Positions 40,200 through 50,152 of a stretch of 64,000 bases of DNA are shown one piece after another. Position 1 is the stretch's first letter. Every line of letters starts with the position of its first letter. The stretch is from IMG/VR virus record IMGVR_UViG_3300047557_002530. One strand, written 5' to 3'. Origin of the DNA: a virus. Its lineage: Duplodnaviria > Caudoviricetes. The notes beneath the pieces were generated by a model, which saw only the letters and a program-made list of their open reading frames with translations, was not told the DNA's origin and searched no databases. Made by a program: the position numbers and the translations under genes.

Positions 40200-40330
40200 T
40201 GGAAATACCCATAACTGAAAAAGAGTTTAAAAAGATTATAGAGATTCTTGAAAAAACCAATGAAAAGGATCTTTATAACAAATTGTGGACTTTTAATTTT
40301 AATAGGAAAAATAAATTATGGACTTCTTAA
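40199..40330 (+). CDS. 43-aa hypothetical protein (not in ORF track)
   Basis: [43 protein letters not shown]; TGATG coupling to gp43. Confidence 0.6.
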   Translation: MEIPITEKEFKKIIEILEKTNEKDLYNKLWTFNFNRKNKLWTS

Positions 40331-41325
40331 AGGATATTGTAAAAGAGATTGGTGATGATTTCACTAAATTGGCATCAGATATTGATGAAACGGAAACTTA
40401 TGTTGATACAGGTTCGTACATTTTTAATGCACTGGTTTCAGGTAGCATATTTGGTGGTGTATCTGGCAATAAGATTACTGCTATTGCTGGAGAGTCTAGT
40501 ACTGGAAAAACTTTCTTCAGCCTCGCCGTTGTTAAGAATTTTCTTGATACCAATCCCGATGGTTATTGTCTCTATTTTGATACTGAAGCCGCTATTACTA
40601 AATCACTTGTAGAATCCCGTGGAATTGATACTTCTCGTCTGGTTGTTGTTAACGTTGTTACTATTGAAGAGTTTCGTACTAAGGCGCTCAAAGCAGTAGA
40701 CTTATACTTAAAAAAACCTGTAGAAGAACGCAAACCTTGTATGTTTGTGTTAGACTCTCTGGGAATGCTTTCCACAGAGAAAGAAATCACTGATGCACTC
40801 AACGATAAGCAAGTTCGTGATATGACTAAATCGCAACTTGTTAAGGGTGCTTTCCGAATGTTAACTCTTAAGCTAGGTCAAGCAAATGTTCCACTCATTG
40901 TCACAAATCATACATACGATGTCATCGGAGCTTACGTACCAACGAAAGAAATGGGGGGAGGTTCTGGACTCAAATACGCAGCGTCTACGATCATCTATCT
41001 CAGCAAGAAAAAAGAAAAAGATGGAACGGAAGTGGTTGGAAACATTATCAAAGCTAAGACTGCTAAATCGCGTTTGAGTAAGGAGAACAAAGATGTTGAA
41101 GTCCGTCTGTATTATGATGAGCGCGGTCTTGATCGTTACTATGGTCTTCTGGAACTTGGTGAGATTGGTGGACTCTGGAAGAATGTAGCAGGACGCTATG
41201 AGATTGATGGTAAGAAACTTTATGCTAAACAGATTCTAAAAGAACCTGAAGTATATTTCACTGAAGAAGTGATGCAACAATTGGACGAAATCGCACGTAA
41301 GGAATTTAGTTATGGAGAAAGTTGA
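40318..41325 (+). CDS. uvsX: RecA-like recombinase UvsX
   Basis: [35 protein letters not shown]. Confidence 0.96.
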   Translation: MDFLKDIVKEIGDDFTKLASDIDETETYVDTGSYIFNALVSGSIFGGVSGNKITAIAGESSTGKTFFSLAVVKNFLDTNPDGYCLYFDTEAAITKSLVESRGIDTSRLVVVNVVTIEEFRTKALKAVDLYLKKPVEERKPCMFVLDSLGMLSTEKEITDALNDKQVRDMTKSQLVKGAFRMLTLKLGQANVPLIVTNHTYDVIGAYVPTKEMGGGSGLKYAASTIIYLSKKKEKDGTEVVGNIIKAKTAKSRLSKENKDVEVRLYYDERGLDRYYGLLELGEIGGLWKNVAGRYEIDGKKLYAKQILKEPEVYFTEEVMQQLDEIARKEFSYGES

Positions 41326-42688
41326 GTTTCTAATCCTTAGAAACCTTTTACACAATGAAAAATATATTAGGAAAGTAATACCCTTTATTAAATCTGAATA
41401 TTTTGAAGATCAAAATCAAAAAATTGTATTTGAAGAAATATTATCTTTTGTCCAAGAATATAATCAACCTGCAACAAAAGAAGTTCTCTGCATTGAGGTA
41501 GAAAAAAGAACAGATATTAACGAGCAGTCTTTTAAAGAAATCTCTCAAATTATTTCTTGTCTTGAAGATGTTCCCGCTGAGTTTAATTGGTTAATTGATA
41601 CTACTGAAAAGTGGTGTAGAGATCGTGCCATTTATTTGGCACTTATGGAGTCTATTCATATTGCAGATGGAAATGACGAAAAGAAGAATCGTGACAGCAT
41701 TCCTTCTATTCTTTCTGATGCTCTTGCTGTAAGTTTTGATAATCATGTCGGTCATGATTATCTCCAAGACTACGAACAAAGATATGAGTCTTATCACAAA
41801 AAGGAGGATAAAATTGAATTTGATCTTGAATACTTTAACAAAATCACGAAAGGTGGTCTCCCTAACAAAACTCTTAACATCGCTCTTGCTGGTACGGGCG
41901 TCGGCAAGTCTCTATTCATGTGCCATGTGGCTAGCTCCGTCTTGCTCCAAGGGAGGAACGTTCTGTACATTACGCTGGAAATGGCAGAAGAACGCATTGC
42001 TGAAAGAATTGACGCAAACCTCTTGAATGTTCCCATTCAAGATATTGTAGATCTTCCTAAGCAGATGTTTGAAAACAAGGTAACGAACCTTTCAAAGAAA
42101 ACTCAAGGAACCTTAATTATTAAAGAGTATCCAACTGCTTCCGCACATGCCGGACATTTTAAAGCGTTGTTGAATGAACTTGCACTTAAGAAATCATTCA
42201 GACCAGATATTATCTTTATTGACTACCTTAATATTTGTTCTTCTTCTAGGTATCGCGGCAATTCAAATATTAACTCTTACACTTTCGTGAAAGCAATCGC
42301 AGAAGAACTTCGTGGTCTTGCTGTAGAATTTAGTGTTCCTATTGTAAGTGCCACTCAGACCACTCGTTCCGGTTATGGTTCCTCTGATGTTGAACTAACT
42401 GATACCTCTGAGTCTTTCGGTCTTCCTGCAACTGCAGACTTAATGTTTGCTCTGATTTCCACAGAGGAACTTGAGGGTCTCGGGCAAATTTTAGTCAAGC
42501 AACTTAAGAATCGTTATAATGATCCAACCATTCATAAGCGATTTGTTGTTGGTATTGACCGTGCCAAAATGCGTCTTTATGACTGCGAACAATCTGCTCA
42601 ACAAGATATCCTTGACAATGGAAAGGATGAAGAGTATGATTATGAAGAAAAGAAACCAAAGAAAACATTTGAAGGATTTAAATTCTAA
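41312..42688 (+). CDS. gp41: replicative helicase gp41
   Basis: [39 protein letters not shown]. Confidence 0.96.
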   Translation: MEKVEFLILRNLLHNEKYIRKVIPFIKSEYFEDQNQKIVFEEILSFVQEYNQPATKEVLCIEVEKRTDINEQSFKEISQIISCLEDVPAEFNWLIDTTEKWCRDRAIYLALMESIHIADGNDEKKNRDSIPSILSDALAVSFDNHVGHDYLQDYEQRYESYHKKEDKIEFDLEYFNKITKGGLPNKTLNIALAGTGVGKSLFMCHVASSVLLQGRNVLYITLEMAEERIAERIDANLLNVPIQDIVDLPKQMFENKVTNLSKKTQGTLIIKEYPTASAHAGHFKALLNELALKKSFRPDIIFIDYLNICSSSRYRGNSNINSYTFVKAIAEELRGLAVEFSVPIVSATQTTRSGYGSSDVELTDTSESFGLPATADLMFALISTEELEGLGQILVKQLKNRYNDPTIHKRFVVGIDRAKMRLYDCEQSAQQDILDNGKDEEYDYEEKKPKKTFEGFKF

Positions 42689-43092
42689 TGACTATTGACC
42701 TTAAAAAATACGTTGACTTTGTTGATGCAACTACGTCAAATCCTAGCAAACAATATAGTGATTTTCTCACACGTCTCCACAGTCTTGAAGTGGAGGGATT
42801 TCCTACCGAGCGACTGCTTACTGCTGCTGTAGGAATGTCTGCAGAAGCAGGTGAGTTTACTGAGATTGTAAAGAAAATGGTCTTTCAAGGTAAACCAGTA
42901 AATGAAGAAAATCTGTTTCACCTAAAGCGTGAACTTGGTGATATTATGTGGTATGTTTCTCAAGCGTGTATTGGACTTGATATTTCTCTTGAAGAAGTAA
43001 TCCAAATGAACTTTGAGAAACTAAGTGCCCGTTATCCTGAAGGTGCATTTAGTATTGAACGTTCTGAAAATCGTAAGGAGGGAGATCTGTGA
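42688..43092 (+). CDS. mazG: MazG-like nucleotide pyrophosphohydrolase
   Basis: GMSAEAGEFTEIVKK, ELGDIMWY, KLSARYP. Confidence 0.92.
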   Translation: MTIDLKKYVDFVDATTSNPSKQYSDFLTRLHSLEVEGFPTERLLTAAVGMSAEAGEFTEIVKKMVFQGKPVNEENLFHLKRELGDIMWYVSQACIGLDISLEEVIQMNFEKLSARYPEGAFSIERSENRKEGDL

Positions 43093-43274
43093 CTAAAGAA
43101 AAGCAAGTAACAATCAAAATGGATGCTCGCACAGCAGCAGCAGTTCGCCAAGTTCTGTTTGATTCACAAAAAGGATATACTTACAATGAGGAAAGTGTTC
43201 CTCCTCGTATTGATGACATTCGTGGAGTGATCCAACAACTTGATGATAACATTGGTGCTGTTCTTGGTGCTTAA
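43089..43274 (+). CDS. conserved hypothetical protein
   Basis: 61 aa, GTGA overlap with mazG. Confidence 0.7.
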   Translation: MTKEKQVTIKMDARTAAAVRQVLFDSQKGYTYNEESVPPRIDDIRGVIQQLDDNIGAVLGA

Positions 43275-43290
43275 ATAAATATTTTAAAAA

Positions 43291-43689
43291 ATGTCTTTAA
43301 TTGGAAAAAGAAAAGGAAGACCAACTACAAAATATCAGTTTGAGTTAATTTTAAAAAAGTTTTTGGTCTTTTTAAAAAGAGAACTTAAATTTAATTATAA
43401 TATTCCAATTATTCTTGTGGATGATGTTGATTTTTCTAAAAACAATAAAACATTTGGTATAATGTATCCAGATAAAATTGTTATTAGTATTGTCAATCGT
43501 CATCCTATAGATATTTTAAGAACAGTAGCACACGAATATATTCACCATAAGCAACAAAGTGAAGGTAAAAAACTAAATGGAAATGCAGGAAGTTCCAGTG
43601 AAAATGAAGCAAATGCAAAGGCGGGTGAGATAATAAGAAAATATGGAAATCTTCATCCAGAGTTATTTGACCTAATACCTATTAGATAA
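43291..43689 (+). CDS. small HExxH metallopeptidase-like protein
   Basis: LRTVAHEYIHHKQ and ENEANAKAG; TAAATAAATA late promoter upstream. Confidence 0.7.
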   Translation: MSLIGKRKGRPTTKYQFELILKKFLVFLKRELKFNYNIPIILVDDVDFSKNNKTFGIMYPDKIVISIVNRHPIDILRTVAHEYIHHKQQSEGKKLNGNAGSSSENEANAKAGEIIRKYGNLHPELFDLIPIR

Positions 43690-43728
43690 TTTGTTTTTAT
43701 AAATAACTAAAAAGTATTTGTAAAAAAA

Positions 43729-44448
43729 ATGTCTAGACTCACTGGAAATGATGCATATGGTCTGATGGAAGCATATTCTGCTGTTTATCAACCAAGACTA
43801 GAATTGACTGAGGAAGAAATTTGGGAAGAAGTTGAAAACTTTGTAAATGAACTCATAGAGGAAGGATATGATCTGAGTGAGTATACTTGGGAAGATATGT
43901 ATGAAGCATATATCGAAGAGGCAAGAGCAGAAGGTGTAAAACCTTATAAACCACAGCCATTAAAACCATTACCTCAAGCAAAACCACTTTCTGGACAGAG
44001 GGGTGATGGAAGTGGATATAAAGATCGTACTGGAAAAACAGAAGGGCCTCTTATTACAGTAAATCCAGGAAATCCAGAAGAAGCAAGAAAAGCTTTAGAA
44101 AAAACTAAACAAAAACCACATACAAGAACTGGAAACCCAACTAGGATTATGAGCCCTAATCTTTCTACCACTAGAGAGGTTGATGCTGTTCGTGGAATGG
44201 TTCAAGGTAAAGCGATCAATAATCCAACAGCATCTAGTTTGCCTAAAGGGTCATCGGCAAAACCAAAACTTTCTAGAGAAATTATAAGAAGACCTCAAGC
44301 AGAGGAAGTAGATGTATATGATGTTATTCTTTCTCACTTGCTTGATGAAGGATATGCAAGTTCTGTAGATGCTGCAGAAGCAATTATGGTTAATATGAGT
44401 GAAGATTGGAGAGATATTATTATTGAAGAAATCCTTGGTGAAGCATAG
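43729..44448 (+). CDS. late modular protein, paralog of 29250..30272
   Basis: LMEAYSAVY, two EEGYD/DEGYA helical modules, YDVILSHLLDEGYA...MVNMSEDWR. Confidence 0.75.
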   Translation: MSRLTGNDAYGLMEAYSAVYQPRLELTEEEIWEEVENFVNELIEEGYDLSEYTWEDMYEAYIEEARAEGVKPYKPQPLKPLPQAKPLSGQRGDGSGYKDRTGKTEGPLITVNPGNPEEARKALEKTKQKPHTRTGNPTRIMSPNLSTTREVDAVRGMVQGKAINNPTASSLPKGSSAKPKLSREIIRRPQAEEVDVYDVILSHLLDEGYASSVDAAEAIMVNMSEDWRDIIIEEILGEA

Positions 44449-44542
44449 GGTCTTGGTGGCGTAACCAAGAATCCTAAGAAACTCCGTAAGCAAAAAGCAA
44501 TGGGTGAGCACGGTTGAAAATCTAAATTATAAAATTTATTGA

Positions 44543-44582
44543 CCCCCTCTTTCTAAATATAAGAAAGAGGGGGGATTTTTTT
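44543..44582 (+). terminator. terminator hairpin that also contains a TAAATA late promoter and the RBS of the next gene
   Basis: CCCCCTCTTTCT/AGAAAGAGGGGG 12-bp stem, TAAATA at 44554..44559, T run up to the ATG at 44583. Confidence 0.75.
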
Positions 44583-45266
44583 ATGTTTGCTCTAAGAGGA
44601 TTTCAATATGAAAAAAGTATTTTTAACATGTTGATGCAAAATAATCTGACGGAACAAAGGTATAGCCCTGCGGCAAGTTCCCACGAATCAGACACTGCAT
44701 TTAAAATTAAAAATAAAGTTTATAATTTAGAAGTTAAATTAGACCTAAACGCAGATTTTGGGCAAGGAACTTTAAGATATGATATCGATAATAAAACCTG
44801 GGTTACTTATTCTGACAATCGATCTATGAAAAAAATATTAGACTTTTTTGAAGTTGCTGATTTTGCGAATGAATCTTGGAAAGGGGTAATTCCATATAGT
44901 AACTATAAACACGTTGACATTTATAAAAAAAGACCTCCTCAAAAAAGATTGTTACCACATGAAGATCTTTCGGATAGGAGAAATTTTACAGATAATTACA
45001 AAAAATTAACTGGAAATCCAATAGCAGATTATTACAACAGCAAAGACGTGTATTATATTCAAATAGGAAAAAATAAAGGATTTTATTATATGGGGAAAGA
45101 TATTGCTAATTTAGGAGTTCCCGAATTCAATCCAACAGAGCAAAAAATAAGAATAAGAAGAAAAGAAGGTAGGTTTACTACTGCTATTCTTATAAGCACA
45201 AATGTCCCAAGCTCTTTATATAACTTAGATTATAATGCAATATTTTTGATCAATAAAAATAAATAA
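44583..45266 (+). CDS. PD-(D/E)xK nuclease-like protein
   Basis: E near the N-terminus, then SD-(x9)-LEVK pattern; very AT-rich. Confidence 0.55.
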   Translation: MFALRGFQYEKSIFNMLMQNNLTEQRYSPAASSHESDTAFKIKNKVYNLEVKLDLNADFGQGTLRYDIDNKTWVTYSDNRSMKKILDFFEVADFANESWKGVIPYSNYKHVDIYKKRPPQKRLLPHEDLSDRRNFTDNYKKLTGNPIADYYNSKDVYYIQIGKNKGFYYMGKDIANLGVPEFNPTEQKIRIRRKEGRFTTAILISTNVPSSLYNLDYNAIFLINKNK

Positions 45267-45286
45267 ATACTTAGAAACACTATAAG

Positions 45287-46573
45287 ATGAAGAAATTTTC
45301 CCAATTTATATTAGAAGCAAAAGAAACCAGAGCCTCCGAGCAAGCAAAAAAGCTTGGTCTGGTTGGTGATGGTCATGGGGATTGGTATAATTCTCAGGGA
45401 GAATTTGTTGCTAAAACTGTAGACGGGCAACTCAAATTCTTTAATCAAGGACAGAGAGTGGGACAGAGAGATATTCCTCCAAAACCAGGCAAAGGAAGAG
45501 GAGCAGCAACAGCACAACAGCAAATTTCTCCTCAACAATCTCAGGGACAGCAAATTTCTCCCCAAAGAATACCTATCGGACAAGAAGATCAAATGCCTGC
45601 TGATGATGAGTTTTTGACTATTGTTCTTGCCAAATTTAATCCACCATCAAAGGAACATAAGAAGTTATTTACTGCAGCAAAAAGAGTTTCTTTAGGTGGA
45701 GAAGTAAGGATATATCCCTCACAAATACAAGATAATAAAAAAAATCCATTAAGTGTGAATAGAAAGGTATATTATTTGAAAACAATGTTTCCAGAAATTA
45801 AAGATGATATCGTAAACAACCCAGAAATTAGAACTATATTTGATGTTCTAATTGCCGCAAATGAAGATGGATATTCGAATGTAAATATTGTGGTTGGATC
45901 TGATCGCCAAGCTGAAATTCAAAATTTAGCAAATAAACATAATGGGAAATTTTATCAGTATAATGAAATAAAAGTAATTCCTACTGGAACATTTGATTCT
46001 GAGAAAGATGTTTCTGGCATTTCTTCTGGTATGATGAGAAAGACTGCTGCTGATAATAATTTTAGAGAATTTAAAAGAGCAGTCCCTAAAACTATTGATG
46101 ATGTTGATGCTAGAAAATTGTTTAATGAACTTAGAAAGGCAATGGGATTTAAAGAAAATGTTAAAGAAAATTATAATCTTTGGGAAATCGCTCCAGAATT
46201 AGATTTTAAAAATCTGAGGGAAAATTATATTCAGAACAAAATTTTTAAAATAGGTGATATTGTTGAAAATATGAATACTGGATTAGTTGGTAAAGTTATG
46301 CGTAGGGGCACAAATTATTTAATTTGTGTTACCGAAAATGATGTTATGTTTAAATCTTGGATAAAAGACCTTGTTGAATATAGTGAAGTTAAAATGGATA
46401 AAATGTATAGAGAATCTGGGAAACCAAATACTCTTGTTGGTACAACTGGATATCTTAAGTATGCAGTTAAACAAACTCCAGGAGCTACTTTAGGAAAAGA
46501 AAATCTTCAACCTAAAGGTAAGGCATTTCTAAATTTCATAAATAAGTATAGAAAAAGTAAAGTAAGTGCTTAA
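45287..46573 (+). CDS. cytidyltransferase-like protein (HIGH-superfamily) with capsid-targeting-like N-terminus
   Basis: KFNPPSKEH, VVGSDR, SSGMMRK motifs; starts MKKFSQFILEA; late promoter upstream. Confidence 0.8.
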   Translation: MKKFSQFILEAKETRASEQAKKLGLVGDGHGDWYNSQGEFVAKTVDGQLKFFNQGQRVGQRDIPPKPGKGRGAATAQQQISPQQSQGQQISPQRIPIGQEDQMPADDEFLTIVLAKFNPPSKEHKKLFTAAKRVSLGGEVRIYPSQIQDNKKNPLSVNRKVYYLKTMFPEIKDDIVNNPEIRTIFDVLIAANEDGYSNVNIVVGSDRQAEIQNLANKHNGKFYQYNEIKVIPTGTFDSEKDVSGISSGMMRKTAADNNFREFKRAVPKTIDDVDARKLFNELRKAMGFKENVKENYNLWEIAPELDFKNLRENYIQNKIFKIGDIVENMNTGLVGKVMRRGTNYLICVTENDVMFKSWIKDLVEYSEVKMDKMYRESGKPNTLVGTTGYLKYAVKQTPGATLGKENLQPKGKAFLNFINKYRKSKVSA

Positions 46574-46578
46574 TTACG

Positions 46579-49071
46579 ATGTCTATTAATCCCCTGAATG
46601 ATATTTCTAGAGTCTATCTAGAACAGGTTGCAATTAAGGAAGCAGTCGATCAAGATACTGATGGAGATACTGATTTTGCTGATGTTAGAATTGCTAGGAT
46701 GATAGCATCTGGTGTTCCTAGAGAAGTTGCAATACAAAAAACGAGAAATAAACCATACAATAAAAAAATAAAGTCAGTAAGGGAATCCCTGATTGGCAAA
46801 CAGTCTGAAATTGATGCGAATAAGAATGGAAAAATTGATTCCCAAGACTTTACAATCCTTCGTTCAACTAAAAAGAAAAGGCAAGTAAAAGAAGGTTTCT
46901 CAAATTGGAGAGAAGATCTGATTGAAATTGTAGATAAAATTCCAAAAAATAAAAGTGAAGATGTAAGAATTACTGATAAGAAAGTTGATAATAAAATTGA
47001 TATTAATCCAAGACTTGATCTTGGAGAAGCAGTAGAAAGTCTTGGCGGAACTCTTATTGAGATGATTGAAATTGATGAAGTAGATTATATTGTTGAAAGT
47101 GTTTATGAAGAATTGCTTGGGGAAGGATATGAAGAGGATGATATTGAGGAAGCACTTGAGTATGCTTTAGTTGAAGCAAAAGTAACTTTCGGACACGATA
47201 CTTCTGAAACAAAAAAGAAAAAGGGAAGAAATCTTTTAGGTGCTGTTGGAAGACTTGCAAGACAAAAACTGTCTTCTAAATATCGTGGTGCTAAAAAAGC
47301 AGTAAGTTCAGCAGCTGTTAGTGGATTAAGAAACGTTGCTAGAGGAGCATTAGGTGCTGCTCGTAAATTAGAGGGAGACAAAAAACCAAGCCCAGTTCAT
47401 TCGCGAGCAGGGACAAGATCGCCTTCGGTGCATCGCGGTGCTGGAGTTGGACAAAGAGAAAGAGTAAGCAGTGGATCTTATTCTGCCCCAAAACCAGAAG
47501 CACCAAAACCATCAGCAAAACCAGAACAAAGAAAAGCATCAACTCCAGTTTCTGATCCTTGGGAGGGATCTTATACATCCCAATCAAAAAAACCATCACC
47601 AAAACCTCAGGCAAAGACAACCAAAGTTCCTGCAAAAACTTCAGAACCGGCACCAGCACAAGGATTGAGTGCTAAACAAAAGGCAGCAGCCATAAGAGCA
47701 CAACGTAGAAACATAAATATATCACCAGAAGATCTTCAGAGAGTTATTAGTAACGTAAAAGAAGATTACTGGAGTACTGTTGCTAAAGCATATAAGGAAA
47801 AATATGAATTACTTGAAAAAGCGGAAAGTGAGCAACAACAAAAACTTTTCGGTCTTGCTCTTTCTGTAAAAAGAGGACAAACTTCAAGAGATAAGGTAAG
47901 TGATAGAGTTCTTGAAATTGTTGATAGTATGAGTGAGAAAAAAATTCGTGACTTTGCTAAAACTCCCCATAAAGGACTTCCTCATAAAATTGAAACAAAG
48001 GAAGAAGCAATAAGACAGGAATTTATTGCCCGAATGGTGAGTAAAATTGAAGAGCAAAGTGGAGTTTATGTTGATGAAGAAAAACTTCAAAGTTCAATGA
48101 AGAAAGGTAAAAAAAAACTAGAAAGCAATACCCAAGTTTTTCACGATGTAGATGATAATCTTGTAGATCAGAGACATCCTGATGCTGCAAAAATTGATGT
48201 GATGAGAAAAACTGGCGGTGAGTGGAAAAGAGTACAATCATTAACACCTAGTCAGTTTGCTCATCATAGACTAAGAAAACCTGGAGAACCTGTAAAGAAA
48301 GAAAATGATCCCGGTGATAAGTATGGGTTTAACCAGTTTAGAGACACTGAAAAATTCAAAAAAACAACAAAACCAAATAAACCAGTAGTTAGATTGGGAG
48401 ATAGTTCAAGAAGACCAGCACAAAAAGAAGTTGTGACTGCTCGTGGCGGATCTAAATTTGGAAGTAAAAAACCAAGCACCCCTATGGATAACCCTGGGGA
48501 ATTTGCTAAAGATTTGAAAACTAGAATTGGTGTAAAAAATCTTGAAAGAAAGAACGTCCATTTTACTGGCGGAATGCGTAAGGGATCTGGACCTGAGAAA
48601 AAGGCTGAGGTTGTTAAAAAAATTGTGAAACCTGATGTTAAGAAAGTCATTGCAACTGATGATCACTTACAGAATGTAAGACATATGGCAGCAGCGGCAT
48701 CTGAGGTAGCACCTAAGGCAAAAGTTAGAGCATATCAATCAAAACCTGCTACAAAAGCAAAAGGTAAAGTGAGGTCTGGTGATATTGTTCCGGTAAGAGT
48801 TGGTAAGGAAAGTGATTTGAATGATCCTAAAATTGGAATTAGAAAAAATACTTCTCCTTCAGGGTCACCAAAAGAAACACAAAGAAGAAGAAAGCAACAA
48901 AAGATGGGTGAAGCAGTTGATCTAAATCAACCCCAAGAGAAACCCCAAAATCCATCTGCGGTCAATCAAGTTTTACAAGCAAAAATAAAAGCAGATTCTG
49001 CAAAAAAAGAATTTGCCACCAAACAAAGAATGGCGGCACAAAAGGGCGTTGATTTATCTTCAATTTCCTAA
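46579..49071 (+). CDS. 830-aa modular protein with EF-hand-like motifs, a DUF3008-like module and a HAD-like phosphatase module
   Basis: DQDTDGDTDFAD, DANKNGKIDSQD, AESEQQQKLFGLAL..KRG, VFHDVDDNL...VVTAR...TDDHLQN. Confidence 0.7.
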   Translation: MSINPLNDISRVYLEQVAIKEAVDQDTDGDTDFADVRIARMIASGVPREVAIQKTRNKPYNKKIKSVRESLIGKQSEIDANKNGKIDSQDFTILRSTKKKRQVKEGFSNWREDLIEIVDKIPKNKSEDVRITDKKVDNKIDINPRLDLGEAVESLGGTLIEMIEIDEVDYIVESVYEELLGEGYEEDDIEEALEYALVEAKVTFGHDTSETKKKKGRNLLGAVGRLARQKLSSKYRGAKKAVSSAAVSGLRNVARGALGAARKLEGDKKPSPVHSRAGTRSPSVHRGAGVGQRERVSSGSYSAPKPEAPKPSAKPEQRKASTPVSDPWEGSYTSQSKKPSPKPQAKTTKVPAKTSEPAPAQGLSAKQKAAAIRAQRRNINISPEDLQRVISNVKEDYWSTVAKAYKEKYELLEKAESEQQQKLFGLALSVKRGQTSRDKVSDRVLEIVDSMSEKKIRDFAKTPHKGLPHKIETKEEAIRQEFIARMVSKIEEQSGVYVDEEKLQSSMKKGKKKLESNTQVFHDVDDNLVDQRHPDAAKIDVMRKTGGEWKRVQSLTPSQFAHHRLRKPGEPVKKENDPGDKYGFNQFRDTEKFKKTTKPNKPVVRLGDSSRRPAQKEVVTARGGSKFGSKKPSTPMDNPGEFAKDLKTRIGVKNLERKNVHFTGGMRKGSGPEKKAEVVKKIVKPDVKKVIATDDHLQNVRHMAAAASEVAPKAKVRAYQSKPATKAKGKVRSGDIVPVRVGKESDLNDPKIGIRKNTSPSGSPKETQRRRKQQKMGEAVDLNQPQEKPQNPSAVNQVLQAKIKADSAKKEFATKQRMAAQKGVDLSSIS

Positions 49072-49103
49072 ATAGAGAAGGATATCTTTTATAGGAGGTC
49101 ATT

Positions 49104-49277
49104 ATGGGAGTATTAGTAGAGGTCGTAAAACCACTTCTTTTAGCAGCAATGAATTCTTGCCATACAAAAAGACTTGTTTGTGAACTTCTTGATCGTTATG
49201 TAAATACTACTGATAATGATATCGATGATCTAATTGCAGGCACAGTGAGAACTGCGCTTCTTAAAGGTTGTAAGTGA
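49104..49277 (+). CDS. 57-aa hypothetical protein (not in ORF track)
   Basis: MGVLVEVVKPLLLAAMNSCHTKRLVCELLDRYVNTTDNDIDDLIAGTVRTALLKGCK; strong AGGAGG RBS and upstream TAAATA. Confidence 0.8.
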   Translation: MGVLVEVVKPLLLAAMNSCHTKRLVCELLDRYVNTTDNDIDDLIAGTVRTALLKGCK

Positions 49278-49300
49278 TTGATTTTTTAAAATAAATTACA

Positions 49301-49331
49301 AAGGAGACCAAAAGTAAGGTCTCCTTTTTTT
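49301..49331 (+). terminator. intrinsic terminator overlapping late promoter TATAAATA (49331..49338)
   Basis: AAGGAGACC...GGTCTCCTT stem plus T run. Confidence 0.8.
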
Positions 49332-49369
49332 ATAAATATTCATATCAAATAATTTTTACGGGAAAAAAC

Positions 49370-50140
49370 ATGGCACTCTGGGGAGACAAAGATAACATTT
49401 TTTCTGGTGGAACAGTATCTTTAGATTACCAAACTGGCGTTGTTACTGGAAGTGGTACAACTTTTGGTAATGTTGGTGCCGCTGGAACTGGAGATGTTAT
49501 CCGCTTTGGCGATGTTGTTGGTGGCACCTATTATGGTGATGCTGTAATCGTTGGTATTGCTAGCACCACTCAATTATCAATTGGTTCAACCAATGGTCTT
49601 AGTGGAGCTACCATTTCTGGAGCTCAGTTCACTGTAAACCAGGAACCAAAGTATACTATTCTTGATGTTTACTATAGTCAGAAGCACGAAGGTTCTGCTG
49701 GAGAGACAATCAATGCTGTTGTGACAACTGCATCTGCTCCTGGAGCATCAATCGGAACCAGCATCGTTGCTGTTGCTAGCACAACTGGAATTCTTGTTAC
49801 AGATACTCTTACTGCTAGTGGTGGAGTCAGTGCTGTAGTTTCTTCAATCGGTGCTACAACTGTTTCACTTGGATCAACAATTTCAGCAGGAATCACGACT
49901 GGTGCAACTATTACATTTACACGTGTAACTGGTGGGCGCAATACTTATGTTGCTGGTGTTGCAACTGAGGGTGTTGGTGCTTCTGCTGGAACTGTATATG
50001 AAATTGGTGCAGGATGGGTTGGAGTTACCACCTATAAGGATGCTGAAGGTAACTTGAGAGTTAAGAAGGAAATTCTTGTTGCAATGTCTGGTATCCAGAC
50101 TGGAAACGTTCCTATCTATGACGCAGATCCAACTGTATGA
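49370..50140 (+). CDS. putative virion structural/fibre-like protein
   Basis: MALWG start, Gly/Thr-rich body, GWVGVTTY...RVKKEILVAMS end; late promoter. Confidence 0.7.
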   Translation: MALWGDKDNIFSGGTVSLDYQTGVVTGSGTTFGNVGAAGTGDVIRFGDVVGGTYYGDAVIVGIASTTQLSIGSTNGLSGATISGAQFTVNQEPKYTILDVYYSQKHEGSAGETINAVVTTASAPGASIGTSIVAVASTTGILVTDTLTASGGVSAVVSSIGATTVSLGSTISAGITTGATITFTRVTGGRNTYVAGVATEGVGASAGTVYEIGAGWVGVTTYKDAEGNLRVKKEILVAMSGIQTGNVPIYDADPTV

Positions 50141-50152
50141 TATTAATAGAAT

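Noticed and set aside
44446-44448. Genome-wide amber recoding
   Set aside because: TAG ends several normal genes (9853, 56124, 58116, 62338), core genes have no internal TAG, and no CUA-anticodon tRNA was found
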